Source of the DNA: Lama guanicoe
Taxonomy: Eukaryota
Length of the DNA stretch: 64,000 bases
Direction of reading: 5' to 3'
NCBI GenBank assembly: GCA_013239625.1
Contig: MU053881.1
Coordinates: forward strand, 2,790,001-2,854,000
Part shown: piece by piece, positions 38,407-53,660 of the stretch
Layout: each line of letters opens with the position of its first letter
Position numbering within the stretch: the stretch's first letter is position 1
The notes under the pieces: model-generated
Databases searched by the model: none
What the model saw: the letters and a program-made list of their open reading frames with translations, nothing else
What the model was told of the DNA's origin: nothing
Program-made: the position numbers and the translations under genes

Positions 38407-38721
38407 GAATCTAAAAAAATGCCACAAATGAACTTATTTACAAAACAGAAACAGACTTACAGACATAGAAAACACACTTGTGGTTACCAAAGAGGAAAAT
38501 GGAGGGGGGAGGGATAAATTGGGAGTTTGAGATTAGCAGATACCAACTTCTCTATATGGAATAGATAAACAACAAGGTCCTACTGTGTAGCACAGGGAAC
38601 TATATTCAATAGCTTGTAATAACCTATAATGAAAAAGAATATGTATAAAACTGAATCACTATGCTGTATATCAGAAACTAACACAACACTGTAAGTCAAC
38701 TATACTTCCATTAAAAAAAAA
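38407..38721 (+). mobile_element. Younger 5'-truncated L1 3' end nested in an older L1
   Basis: 'acaaatgaacttatttacaaaacagaaacagact...cagggaactatattcaatagcttgtaataacctataatg' plus poly-A; TSD aacagtaagaagttctg / aacagtaaaaaattctg. Confidence 0.85.
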
Positions 38722-39013
38722 AACAGTAAAAAATTCTGATGACTTATCAGCAAGCCAGGAGAAAATGGAACATCATTTAAATAAGGAAAAAATACCTATC
38801 AATCTAGAATTTATATCAAGTAAAAACACCATTCATATATGAAGGTAAAACAAAAACATTTCCAGACAAAAGCTGAAAAAATTCATTACGAGTAGTAATA
38901 CACTACAATTTTTTTTAAAAGTTAACTTATTTGGGTGGAAGAGAAATGATCCCAAATACCAAACAGAACCTGGCTCATCAAGAAACAAGGAAGAACACCA
39001 AAAATGGTAACTA

Positions 39014-39806
39014 TGTGGGTCTGATGTGTTTTTTTTTTTCTAATACCACTAAGCAATTAACTCAGTTCTGACACTATTTACCGTAGTGTCAGATCCCAGA
39101 TCCCACAGGTTAAGGGCTCAGTCCTAGAAGACTGCCCTCTCACTCTTCCTTTAGATGCCAGTCAAAAGTCCAGGTTGTTAACCTGTGCTTCTGAACCACC
39201 TAGCTATGGACTGAATATTCCCAGGACCCTGCCTTGGGTTTGCTTTTAATTTGCTCCAGTGGCTCACAGAACTCAAACCCTTTACTTACTAGATTACCAG
39301 TTTATTATAAAAGAAGATAACTCAAAGAACAGTCAAACGGAAGAGGTGTATAAGGTATGGGGAAAGGGTGAGGGGCTTCCACGCTCTCTGGGTACATCAC
39401 TCTCCGGGCATCTCCACCTGTTCACCAACCTGGAAGCTCTCCGAACCTGGTCCTTTTGGGTTTTCAAGGAAGCTGCATTAGAGCGGCACGACTGATTAAA
39501 TCATTGGTTATTGGTACCTGGACTCAAATCTCCAGCCCCTGTCCCCTCCCAGGAGGTAGGGGTGCAGTGGAGGAAGGGGTGGGAGTGGAGAATTAGGGCT
39601 GAAAGTTCCAACCCTCTAATCACATGGTTGATTCCTCTGGCAACCAACCCATCCTTAAGTTACCTAGAGGCTTTCCAAAAGATACCTCATTAACATAACA
39701 AAAGATACCTTTATCACTCTCATCACATAGAAAACTCCAAAAGAGCTCTGTGCTAGAAACAGGATGACGATCAAATATATACTTCTTATTGTGAATCAGT
39801 ATCACA
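39014..39806 (-). mobile_element. MER21-like solo LTR
   Basis: 'tcagttctgacactatttacc...cagatcccacaggttaagggctcagtcc', 'gaaagttccaaccctctaatcacatggttg', terminus 'cttattgtgaatcagtatcaca'. Confidence 0.75.
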
Positions 39807-42800
39807 GATGGGTCGTATAAAGCCTTTCTCCTCCCTCATCTCTAAATTTCTTTTAAAAACAACTAAATGTTTGAAGCAAAAATATGAGTCCATCCTGGAG
39901 TTTATAAAATATGTAAAAGTAAAATGTGTGACAACAGTGGCACAAAGGATGGGAGCGGGGTCAGTGGAAATACAGCTGTAAGATCTTACATTGCATATCA
40001 CGATATAATATTAATTCAAGGCAGACTCTAGTAGGGTAAGGATACAAATTGTGATTCTAAGAACAGCCATTAAAAAAAAATCTGCCGAAAAAGCATTTGA
40101 TAAAATTCAATAGCCACTCATGCTAATAACAGAAAACTAGGAATAAAAGGGAGCTTCTTCAACTTATTAATGAATATCTATAAAAAAAACCTTATAGCTA
40201 GCAACATAATTAATAGTGAACTGATATTTTAATCAATAATTAATCAACATACTGAATGCTTTCCACTAGAACATGAACAAAGCAAAGATATCTGCTTTCA
40301 TTACTGGTATTTAATACAGCACTGGTAGTTCCAGCCAGTAGAGTAAGGCAATAAAAGGCATACAGATTGGAAAGGAAGAAATAAAACTGTCCCTATCTGC
40401 AGATGCCATGATGGTCTACAAAGGCAGTTCCAAGGAATCTTTGTCACAAAAGCATTTTCCATAAAAGAAAAAAAATTGATAAGCTGGACTTCATCAAAAT
40501 TTAAAACTTGCTCTGTGAAAGATCTTGTTAAAGAGGATTAAAATACAAACTACAGGATGGGAGGAAATATTTGCAAACTACTGATCTGAAAAAGGATTAG
40601 TATCTAGAATATATAAAGACTCTCAAAACTTAACAGTAAAAAAGCAAACAATCCATTTAGACCATGAGAAGAGATATTTTAGTAAAGATGTTATACAGTT
40701 GGCACATGGAAAGATGTTCAACTTCATTAGCCATTAGAGAAATGAAAATGAAAATCACAATGAGATATCACCATACTCCTATCAGAATGACTAAAATAAA
40801 AAATAGTGGCAACACCAAATGTTGGCCAGGATGCGGAGAAACTGGATCACTCATATAATGCTGTGGGGGAATGTAAAATGGTACAGCCACTCAAGGAGAC
40901 AGTTTGGCAGTTTCTTAAAAAAACTAAAAAAAAAACTACTGTATAATGCAAAAATTACACTCCTTGGCATTTATTCCAGAGAAATAAAGACTTATGTTTA
41001 TTTAAAAGTTTGTACATGAATGTTTTATAGAAGCCTTAGTCATAAAAGCCCAAACTGGAAATAACATAGATATCCTTCAATGGGTAAATGGTTAAAAATA
41101 AAACCAGTGGTACACCCACACCGTGGTATACTATTCAGCAATAAAACGGAATCAACTACTGATAGACACAACAACCTGAATGGATCTCCAGAAAATCATG
41201 CTAAGTGAAAAAAGCCAATCCCAAAAGGTTGATTCCACTTACACAGCAGCTTGAAATGACAAACATGGAGAACAGATTAATAGTTGCCAGGGGTTTAGAA
41301 GGGGTAGGGGTTGGAGTGGAGTGGGTCTGGCTATAAAAGGGCAAAATGAATAATCCTTATGGTGATGGAAATGTCCTGTTATCTTGGCTTGTATCAATCT
41401 TGATACTTTAACTGTGATATTTGTACTAAAGTTTTGCAATATGTTACCACTGGGCAAAATTGGGCAAAGAGTACATGTGATCTCTCTGTATTAATCTTTA
41501 CAACTGCACGAGAATCCACAATTACGTCAAAATAAAATTTTAATTAAAAAAGTTAAAAAGTCTTAGTAGAGATAAAATGAAATAGGAAATACTTCATTAA
41601 TTCAAAAGAAGGCAGAAAAGGAGGTAAAAATGAACAAAGAACAAAGAGGAAAAGTAGAAAAAACAGTAAGATGACAGACGTAAAACTGATAATTAAGTTA
41701 AATGTAAATGGAATAAATAACTCCAGTTAAAAGGTAGGAATTGTCAGCTGCCTGAAAACGCATATCAGAATATATGCTGTTTACAATATACATACTTTTT
41801 CTTCTTTTAGTTTCTGTTGACTCACAGAAGATTTGCAAGAATAGTACAAATAATTTCCAAATACCCTTAATACTTTCACCCAGGTTCCCCAAAGGTTAAA
41901 CATTTACCATGTCTTCTTTATCCTTGACTGCCTCTGTCTTTCCATTTTTTCCTTTGAACTATTTGATAGTAAGCTGCAGACATGATGCCCACTTATCCCT
42001 AAATATCTCAGGGTATAATTCCTAAAAACAAGGACATCCTCTTAGATATCCAAGAAGAATAATCAAAAGCAGGAAATTAATCTTAATGCAATACTGTTAC
42101 ATTAACCATAGACTTTAGTCAGATTTTTCATTGTTCTAATAATGCTATTAATAGCAAAAGAAAATCCCAGATTATGTATTGCATCAGTTGTCTATCTTTT
42201 TAAATGTTCTTCGCTTTAATCTCGAATAGTTTCTCAGTCTTGCTTTGCCTTTCGTAACACTGACACTTTTGAAAAGTGCAGGGTTTTTTTTTTTAATAGG
42301 ATGTTTCTCATTTGGGGTTTCTCTGATATTTTCCCATGATTTGATTGAGGTTATGCATATTTTGGCAAGAGGCCTGTAGAAATGAGTTCTCACTGCGTCA
42401 CGTCAAGGGGCATATGCTGGTGTTAATTTTGATTACTTGACTGTGGTAGTTATCTCTACCACAAAATCATTATTTTTTACCTCATAATTAGTATCTTGTG
42501 AGAATGTACTTTGAGATTAGTCTCTTGGTACTCCACAAACTTTCATCATTTTAGTATCCATTCATACCTGAATTAACTCTTCTTACGATGGTTGTCAAAT
42601 GGCATTTTGTCCTAATTGATCATTTCTTCTTACCTTTACTAGCTGGCTTTCTACTGTAAGGAAGAGAGTCCCTTCTCTTGCTATCAGGATGAAAATCAAG
42701 GATTCCTATTTTACTCAACATTTTATAGTCTTTTACTGTCAATATTTATTTTGATACTCAAATTATCCCAGATTTAGTCAGTGGAAACCCTTTATGCTTC

Positions 42801-45800
42801 TTTGGACATGTTCCGAACCTTCTTTGAACATCTCCTCTCCTTCCGGAACAAGATGTTCTAGGCTCATTTTATACTTTTCCTTGTCTCAGCTCTGGAATCA
42901 GCCGTCTATTTCCTAAAGAACTCTGGTTCTTTTCAGTGTAAACCAGTATTTAGAAACAAAGGTCTGAGGCCTAGGTGTGCTCCCTGCTAATAGGGTGTTA
43001 TTGCTTATATGCTCTCTCAATGGGCAGAGGGAGGAAACAGACATATAGACACACTCACACATCTACATTTATTCCTCTATCTATCTATATTTATTAGAAA
43101 CCACAAGTTCATATTGATACCTCCAATGCCAATCCAGCACCACAGGGTTCCTTCTATCCTTTCCCCTTTTCATATGTGTAACTCTCTTCTCTGACAGTGA
43201 GAAACTTGGCTCTCATTATCCACAACACATTTATTTGTTTAATCCTAGAATACACATAAGATAGTTTTTGAATTGTTAACTCATACTTTTGTGAAAAAGC
43301 AATTTACTGATGAGAATTCAATATCTATTTACCCTTCGTTTTGTCTTTAGCCTGAGGGCATTTAGTCCAAATACTGTTTTAACTCACTTGGACAGACTAG
43401 TGGTTGTCAAGGGGCTGGGGAAGATGAACAGTCAATGGCCATAAAAGGGGATCTTTGTGGTGATGGAAGAGTTCTGTACATCTTGGTTGTGCTAGTGGTT
43501 ATATGAAGCTACACATGTGATAAAGTTACACAGAACTACACACAAATGAGTGCAATCTGGGTGAAATGAGTAAAATCTAAATATGTTCTGTGGATTGTAA
43601 CAATGTCAATCTCCTGTCAGTGATATTATACTGTAGGTATGCAATCACTGGGGGAAAGAGGGTGAAAGGTATATAGGACCCCTCTGTACTAGTATTTGCA
43701 ACTTCCTGTGACTCTATACTTTGTTACAAAAAAAAGTCAAAAAAAAATTTACTTCTTTCCCACCCTAGTTGTTATTCATTGAAAACATAGGTTAATTTGT
43801 GTCTGTTTGTACTGCATGTTAGGTTCCTCTCCAACTTTCTTGCTGATTTATTTTTCTTTTTTGAGTATGTGAAACATTAATGTGGCTCTGAAAGTCTAAA
43901 AGTTATAAGTATACAAGGAAGTATACTCAGGGAAGTATGGCACTACCAGCACCACCGTTAACGCCCATCACCACCCCAGCCCCGCACCTGATCTCCTTCC
44001 CAGCCCACCGCTGTCCAGCCCTGTATGTAAGCATTTTGATTAGCCTGCAGTTTATCTTACCTTGGTTTCTTTTTTTGTAAATGATTATAACCATGCATAT
44101 TTTAAAATTCTCCGTCTTAGAAAAAGATATGTATATTTATGTATACTCCTTCGTATTTTGCTTTGTTTACTTAACAATATTTTTTTGGGAAACAGTTCAT
44201 AAAAATTTTGCTCCTATTTTTAATTTCTATTTTTTCACAGCTACTGTGAAATCTCCACTGTGCAGATGCACTGCAGATATCCAACCACTGTCCTATGGGA
44301 ATTTGGGTTGTTTCTAGTATTTTGTAATTGCAATCAATGCTGTTGGAACTATCCTGGTGCATATGTATTTCCATATTGTTAGAAGTGTATCTTCAGGGTG
44401 AATTCCTATATATGAGATTTCTAGGTCAAGAGGTAAATTTACATTTAGCTGTAAAACTCCCCTCCATAAGGCTTGTGCCATTTTGCATTCCCATCACCAA
44501 TGTATAAGTACCTACCTGCTTTCTCACAGCCTCACTAATGGTGTCTTATAGTACTTTACAATTTTTACTATAGGTAAGTTAGAAAGGGCTATTTCACTGT
44601 AGTTTTAATTTACATTTCTTTAAATATGAGTGAGGGAGGCCACTATAAGAAAATAAAATTACAGATCAGTATTTCTAGTAAATATAGATGCAAAAGGAAT
44701 ATTAGCAAACTGAATCTGTCAATACAAAAAGGATAACATATCACAATCAAGTAGGATTTTTTAGTTCCAGGAATGCAAGGTTAGTTTACTTTTAGAAATT
44801 AATCAATGTAATTCATCACATCAATGGAACAAAGGAGAAAAATTATGACTATCTCAAAAGATGAAGAAAATATATTTCACAAATTCCAATACCTAGTCTT
44901 CATAAAAACAATAAATTAGAAGTAGAATGAAGCCTCCTCAATCTGACAAATCAGCTATGAAACATCTACAGCTAACATACCCAATGATTAAAGACTGAAT
45001 GTTTTCCCCCTAAGATAAGATCAGGAACAAGGCAAGGATGTCTGCTCTTATCTATTCTCCAACATTCTATTGGAGGTATTAGCCCATGCAACATAGCAAG
45101 AAAAAGAAGCAAAAGGCACACAGATTGGAAAGGAAGAGGTTACATTGTTTTTATTTGCAGACAGTACATTGTGCATGTAGAAAATCCTAAGAAAACCACA
45201 AAAAATTCCTACTAAAATAAGTGAATTCAGCCAGGTTGTAGGGGGAGGTCACATGAAGTATGCATTTGTCAAAACTCATGGAATGATACTTACGTAAATT
45301 AGTTTGCATCATTTAATGGCATGTAAATTATACCTAAACTTTAAAAAATCAATATAAACCAAGGAAAAGGCCATATTACGTATCTTCTAGTACATTTGCG
45401 TGGTTGCCAATTTGCCCTTTCTGAGACAGTTTTGAAGTAGGGCTAGGTTTTATTTAAATTATTTTTGTCTATGTCAAGTCTAAATTTATTTATAGTTACC
45501 CATTAGATTTACGATCTCTCAGCAGAATCTGGGCATAAATGAATGAATGGTGCAGAAGTTGGGCCCAAATGAAATACTCCTATGAAAGTGATAGAGCAAG
45601 CATGGCATTTATAGAGGCTTCCTCCTGGCTGACCACTGCAACATGTTGCCTTCATTGAACTGGCCCTGGAATTAAGAAGTCCCAGGTTTAAATTTGGATT
45701 CTGAATCTGATTAGCTGTGTAACCGTGGGCTAGTTATCTAACTACTTATAATATTTTTCTCACTTGTTAAATAGGAATAACATTATAAAGTTTTATGAAA

Positions 45801-46673
45801 ACATGACACAGTTAGTGTGACAATGACTGGCACGTTGTAGGGACCCAATAAATGTTTATCTTAATATCTTAGCAGGGTACTTTAATTCAATCTTTATTAC
45901 AACACTATTTGGTATGGTATTTTCTTCTAACAGAGGAACCGGAACTGTACAAGAATAGTCTTGACTGCCATCTGGGAGCTTAGAGGATGGGCAGGGGAAG
46001 AAGACATGGAACTGATGAAGGTAATTTCCCTGAAGGTCAGCACCGTACAATGGCTCTCTCATAGTTATTTTCTGTACCAGCAACTGTTCATGAATTCATA
46101 TTTATTCTAGTTTATTCTTCCTCCTTTGGGTTCTAAAATTACTGGTTCAGAGGCAGAATCACTGGTCCTAGCCAAGAACTCTGTTTCTTTATCCCTTCCT
46201 AATGGAATGCCTTACTAAGTCATGCTAAGAGAAACTGAATTCCTTATTACTATCTAGGCTCATTCTGAGGTGCAATTCTATTTATTCTTGGGTCACCTCT
46301 TTGTCCCCTAAAATTGGACATGGCTTACTCATTCATCTATCAAGACTTTAGAGAACATTTACGCTAGGATCTACGGCGGAGGGTCAGAGAAGATCGTAGT
46401 GCTTAGCAGCTGAACCTCGAGGGATGAGTAAAGCTGTTAGGCAAATGAATAAAGTGGGAAAACTGAGGCTCCATTTAAGGTACCCTGCCTCTTCCCAAGA
46501 AATTATGCCTCACTTGCAAATAATAGCACTTGGTTGAGAACCTCTTTCTTTCAAAAGGTTAAAGAGACAGGAACTCTCCCTCTACCTCTTTTTTTCCTAA
46601 CTTAACTACTGTTTTGAACTTTCTTTTGGAATTATGTTCCCAGATCAAAGAACAAAACAAAAACTAAGACTCA

Positions 46674-46844
<171 letters not shown>

Positions 46845-48640
46845 TCAAAGAGCTACCCTGCTGGCTGGGATGTGGTCCCCTCCAGTGTACTAAAGGACCT
46901 TGTAAAGCACACACTAGGTCGGGAAAACTACTCAAGCCGTCAGCATGCTTTTATTAGCAATGTCACCTACCTGAATCCCTTTCGCCAGATCATACTATCT
47001 GAACCTCTCAGAACCTGGGGCTGAGCTGCAAAAGCAAGCTGCTTTTAAATTCAAACATAGAAACACACAATCTTAAGGATCTAGAGAACTTTAAGGATCG
47101 TCTAACCCATAACTCCTCTATTTCACAGATGAAGAAACAGGTCCAGAATGACTAGCAACTATTTGAAACTCTTTGATAGGAGAAAATACATATTTACCAT
47201 GTAGTTTCCCCCTGTTACTGACTCCTTTACAATAATCCTTTACTAAGCTCAGTCTTAGAATTTCAACTGGTGGAACGTGCCCTTCTCTCTCATTAGACCT
47301 CACTGTGGGGGAGAGCCAGGCTGATGTGGCAGAAGGAATCTGGGCAACCCCGCGGAAGCCTGGCCTGAAGCCAGCCTTTTCTAACATGCATTATTACTTG
47401 TGAGGGAAGAAAGGGCTCTGTTTTCAGAAAGTTTCCATCCACTGATGCAACAGGTGGGTGAAGGACTTTGGCATCGGGTTGTGGCTCTGTAGTGACAAGC
47501 TGTTCAATTGCTGACAAATTACTAGACTGCTGAGTCCAAGTCTTCTCATCTCTAAAAAGGGGAAACAATATACCTATTTCATAAAGCTGTGCTGGGTAAG
47601 ATGTCTGGCAGACAGGCACTCGCTATTGGTAAACAGAAGTGCCTACTATTGCTGAGACCACGATAAACTGACTTTCAGAGGGCCCTACTTTTATTTCTAC
47701 TAATATTTACTTGCAATAAATGTATTACTATCATTATTATTAGATTATCTTTCATTTAAGGAACAGTGTCTGCCTCTCTCTTGGGTCTGTATCCTGGGGT
47801 TCTGGGCTAAGCCTTCTTAGGATTGCCCCCAATCTGCCCAAGCAGATGCGTCATTGTTCCAAAACATTCTCCCTTTCGGTACAAGATTGTCTCCCAAATT
47901 AGTTAAAGCCCGCAGCACTCTTAAGAAAATCAGGTCAGTGCAACTAGATTGTAACACAGCACTGGGACTTTAGGCACAAACGCTGTGTTTGAAATATCAA
48001 GCGTGCCTGGCTTTTAACAATATGATTGACATAAAATAGCAGGTTACTTGTGCAAGGGCAGCTCCAGCCCCTAAAATCCTAGCATTTCTCAAAGAATGCC
48101 AAGACCACTTTCGACCCCATAGAATTAAACGTCAGGAATCTCTTTCCAGTGCGGTCTCCCCTGGGCTGAGCCACTGCTGCTGTGATCTGGTGAAGCCTGC
48201 ATGCTGAGCTGCTCTCTTTCTCCCAGGACTGGAGGAGAGAGACACAGGTGTGTGGGGACTAGAGGCCGCTGGACCACCCACTGCCCACGACTCCTCTTCT
48301 GTCAATGGACAGATGGAGCGGTGAGGAGCTGGAACCTTGCACTGTACCTGGGACCTCAGGAAAGGGACGGCAGTGTCCCCCAGCTTCTGTTCCACTTGAG
48401 CTTTGTGAATCTGTATTCCCTTAGGGAAGTCCTATTCATCTAGGGGGAAAGTGCCGCTTTTGTTTTACCTCTGGAATTAGGAATTCAGCCTTCAGTCAAA
48501 CTAAGACGGCCTTTAGTAAGAATCAGCCTAAGTTACAAGAGCTCGTTAATTTGGGGGAAACTGCTCTTAGGGAGTGGGGCTGTTCTCTAAAAGAGTAGAC
48601 CCCAGTAGCCCCAGGAGAGAAAACTTCTGCCTGCCCCTTA

Positions 48641-48838
<198 letters not shown>

Positions 48839-49299
48839 TTACTGTATGGTGCTCAGAACTGCAACCTTAACATGGGCTCATAGACCCCTACATTTCCCTA
48901 AGGGCAACAGAGAGGGCCCTAGGGCTATTTTCAGTATTTAAAAAGTCTAATGAAAACCCCACATTTAACTGCAGTAAGGCTACAAAAGCTAAATAAAATA
49001 TCAACACTGTTCTTTAAGTTATAATTACTGAAAGGTATCTCCAAGGTCAAAGAGCACCATATGTGGCTTCCTGACCAGGAACATTTCTTGACAAGGTAGA
49101 AAGTTGGACAGGGTGACCTTGCTGGCTTTCCATTATTAAGTGCCAGCTATTAATGCTAATAATCAAGGTTTAGCATATGTACAGTAGAGACATACTTTAT
49201 AAAGGGTATGGTAAAATTACTCAAAAATTAGTAAGGTAAAAACATCTTATATAGTCAAAATTACTTCTGATGATCACTTAAGTAACCCATGTGAAAATG

Positions 49300-51900
49300 G
49301 TGGATTAGAATATACATCTGATTTTGTTCCCTCCTAAAATCCCACTAATACTACTGTAAATAATTATTTTAAAAATCCACAAAGAAAGGAAGAAAAGGAG
49401 GGGAGATAATAACAGAGAATACTTGGAAGCTGGAAGGAAAATGAAGTCTAGTCACAAAATAGAATATTATATAGTAGTGAAGATGAATAAGCTCCAGTGA
49501 CAGATAATAAGATTGACAAATCTTAGTACTCTGTAATATTAACTGAAATATAAAAATGCCAGTCAATTACATACAGCATGATAGTCACATACAGCTAAAA
49601 GGAACTAAAATAAAAGTATATACTTTACAGAAACACATGCAGATTCAATAAAACTACATAAAAAGGAAAGGAAAATGATGAACATTCAGGATGCCAGTTA
49701 CTTTGGGTGTAAGAAGGTACAAAAGTGGGTGATGGGGGATGAATGCGTGGTTAGATGTAGGTAATATCAAGGTCCCAGCCTTTGATTTAAGGGATGGGTT
49801 AAGAGATGTTAATGACAAAATCGAAAGTAACCAATTAACTAAGTAAATAAGGCAAATGTCATGTTTAGATGATGTTTAATCTAAGTCAATGACTTTGGCA
49901 AAGGGATAAATTTTAACTGACTTGGCAGAATTGAGAAAGTTGAATCCTAAGCCAGCGGTAGAGAAGAGCAATCCTATTTAACCCTATTTACCAAAAAAAA
50001 AAACCAAAAACTTCAGTAAGTGCTACAAATGGCCACATAAGGTTTCCATGAAGTGAGGGTGAAAGGGGGTGAGTTAAAATAAATACGGTGGCTTGTAAGC
50101 TGTTTAAAGGACTTCTAGACCCTCTAGCTCTCCCTCCCCAACCCTGAAGACTACAGATCAACTCTGTGAAGAGGTAAAACAGGGCCCCTGGACTGGGGCA
50201 CCAGGCACAGCTGGGAAGCGGAGGCAGCAAAGTGAAACAAGGGGCACGACATGAACCTATGCATGTTGAATGCAGAGACCCTTGCCAGCTTCCCACACCT
50301 GTCTTCCAAAAACCTGGCATCTCGCTCTTTATCCTTCACGTAGGAGATTGCAAGTCTTTTCTGGAAAACCCATCCAGTCCCAGAGGAAAGACTTAGAGAC
50401 AATGACAAAGTCTTTTCTAAGAAACGGGCAGCCAGTTCCACCTACAGGGAAACTCAGAAATGACAAGTTCTCCCATGTACTCAGGGCTTCCAGCAGCTTT
50501 TGATGTCACCCCTAAACTTGGATAGATTATCAAGGTTTGCCAGACATGTTTGGGAATATTCTAACATGAGCGATGAAGACCAAAATAGCCCAAATAAACC
50601 CTCCTCGTGCCTCAACAAAGCAACTTGGAGAAAGCAGACATTATACAGAGAACTAACAAAAACAAAGGCCATCATTAGTATCATCAAAGATATAAAAAGA
50701 TATGGATCCATGAAAGAAAACAAGAACAGAATACTGTTTGTTAATTTTAAAAAGGAATAGTTAAAGAAAAAGTAGAAGAGCTCTTGGAAATTAAAAACAT
50801 GGTAACAGGAATGAAAACTCTGTTTTTCAGGAACGGAGGATAAGAAATGGCCCACTGCATACCCAGCCTAATAGATGAATATAGACCTTCAATAAGCATA
50901 CTGGGCAAAAGGAGGATTCTATACACTTCCAGAGGGAAAAATCAGGGCATATACAAAGAATCAGTAATCAAAGTAGCTTATGGCTTCTTAACAGGGATTC
51001 TGGAAGCTAGAAGACAATGGCAGAGTTCCTTTAATGATCTGTAGAAAAGTTACTCCTCACCTCAACATCTATACTCACTTCCTAATCAATGAGTGGGAAG
51101 ATGAAGATATTTTCAGACATACAAGATCTCAAAAATTTTACTACCCCCATACCTTTCTAAGAAGCTACTGGAGACTCACCCATCAAAATGAGGGAGTAAA
51201 CCAAAAAAGAGAAGACAGGAAACAGAGATCCAACACTGGAAACCGGTGAAGGGGATTTCCACATTTATGATAAAGACTGGCAAAAGGACAACCAACCCAG
51301 ACTGAAGGAGGTCAAAACATCCCACCCCAGATCTTCAACAAGAACCTGTTAAGGCTACCCAGAATGAATAAACATCGTCATGGGGATATTCAGGCCAAAC
51401 AGCAGAGACTTTGGCGTTTGCTTCGGATATGCACACAGAATACGAGGAGACTAAAAGAGAGGCAATGACGAACCCTGAGGAAAACAAAAAAGGTGTGAGA
51501 GAAAGAGGAATCACAGTTTAGTACTTGGCTCAACTCTGACCAGCGCACGCAGTCATAGTGATAAAAACACTGAATACCAATCGAAACAAAATTATGATAT
51601 AATTAATATTAATGGTATGGAGGCTGGGAAGTGTGTGTTGTGGGGGGAGGAGGTGGGGAGGAAGAAAAGCTACTGCCTCATCTTTCATGTGGAGACTCAA
51701 TAGATAGTAGCTAACAATGAAAAATCAAGAATTAGCAACACAAGCAGGTTATTCGGCCACAAAGAGGTAAAAATTCAAAGAATCACTAATCATGGGGGAA
51801 GTAGTTACCCCTGTGGAAAAGGGAAATGTGGGTGGCGGGGTCTGGGGGGTAGCGCATTTCTAAAATCTTGTAGAACTAGTTTACTCTTTGCATGCACCGT
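49300..51900 (+). mobile_element. Very old L1 (L1ME-like) remnants
   Basis: A-rich degenerate ORF1-like text, e.g. 'ctggaagctagaagacaatggcagagttcct', 'aagaggtaaaaattcaaagaatc'. Boundaries approximate. Confidence 0.55.
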
Positions 51901-53432
51901 TAAGAAAGAAAAGAAAATCCCTTAAGAAGGGATCATAAGGAGACTGACTTACCATTATTCTTAAAAAAAAAACTTATCTTTGAGGTGTAACTTATATAAA
52001 ATAAATTGCATATGGTTTTTTGTTTGATGGTTTTTTTTTTTTTTTGCTTTAATCTTGAACAGTTTCTCAGTCTTGCTTTGCCTTTCGTAACATTGACACT
52101 TTTGAAAAGCCTCTTAGAGAGCTCTGTGAACTGTTCCGCCCCTTAGGAATCAAAGCACACTTTTATGTTGTTTGAGAAGTTTTGATAAATATATGCACAT
52201 ATCCGTGTAACCACAACCTCTAATAACCATTTCTTGCTGAATTAAATACAGCTGGTAGTGATTTTTCTCATTGATAAAGCACAAAATGGGAGATATGGCT
52301 TGCATTTAGAGACCACAAATGCCTCTCTTTAAACCTGAGAGTCACACTCCATGAAGTGAAAGGCTCACACCACGAGGCGGAAATGAAAGTGAGCGACTTA
52401 CTGGATTGAGCTGGGTTTGCGTCTTCCATTTCCCAATCCAATGCCTATGCTCACAAGGCAGAATGGTCGGGAGAGTTGCTCTCATTATTTAAATGGTTAT
52501 TTTTCTATTTTAAATCCAACTATGCTATCCTGTGCTCTCTGTGGATTCTCTACCCACTGATTTTGCTACCCCTATAAGCATTAACGTATCAACTTCACAT
52601 AAAACGCCACATCTAGGAAAATGGATCTAAGCAGGCAAACGAAGGGAGAAAAAGCTAACTGATACTAAAAACATAAGGAAACTTCCTTCTTTTTTATTAA
52701 AGGAGTTACAATAGTCTATATCCCACACTGGCCAATGAAAACTATTCTTAACAAATATGCATGAACATATGGGAACATAAATTTGAGGGAAAAAGTTTCA
52801 GTGACGCTCTGAAAAAACACAATGCTGGTGAGAACTGTTTCCAAAAGAAGCACGGGTTGGAGTTCCAGGAGGAAAATTCTAGCCTGAGATCCTAACCCTA
52901 GAAATCCCATTTCCCTCCTTGGTATAAGGATATGGTAGTTCCCCACTCTGAAGCTTCCAGAAGCTTTGGCCCTGATTCTGCAAATAAAGAACATGTGTTT
53001 GCTAACTTACTGTACCTCACTGTCAGCCACGCGACCTTTATCATAACAGACTTTTCAGAAAGTAATAGTGAGAAATGAGATCCATCTTGAGTTACTCAGG
53101 GGGATGGAAATAAATCTAGGTTTATAAAAGCTGCGAAAAGTTTTACACACGTTAAGGCTCCCCCTCTGGATCTCATGAGGTTGTGTGAACAATCCTGAAA
53201 TAGACTAAAGGAAGTCTGATGGTCTTGGGAGAAAAACCACGCAAGCCATGGTGCCTGACACATGGTTGGCACAGAGACGCCTCCTTGCAGGACTGTCTGT
53301 AGCCATAGTAACTGTCCCTGGCATACTGCCTGGTTACTAGGAACCCTTACCCGCCTGACATTCTCCAGACTCGAGTAGCTGCCCACCTCCAGCCCCTCCC
53401 GCTTGGCATCCCAGGGCTCAGGTGGCTGGTTA

Positions 53433-53660
<228 letters not shown>

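Larger units (their letters stand above)
36590..45350. mobile_element. Nested cluster of old L1 fragments (5'/ORF1-like 37500-39000, ORF2/3' end 40080-41560, antisense L1MC4-like 41790-44620, ORF2-like 44640-45240)
   Basis: Degenerate L1 motifs such as 'aaaagcatttgataaaattcaa', 'gcatacagattggaaaggaagaaataaaactgtc', MRYHHTPIRMTKIKNSGNTKCW, 'ttccaggaatgcaaggttagttt'. Subfamily labels and bounds are approximate. Confidence 0.85.
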
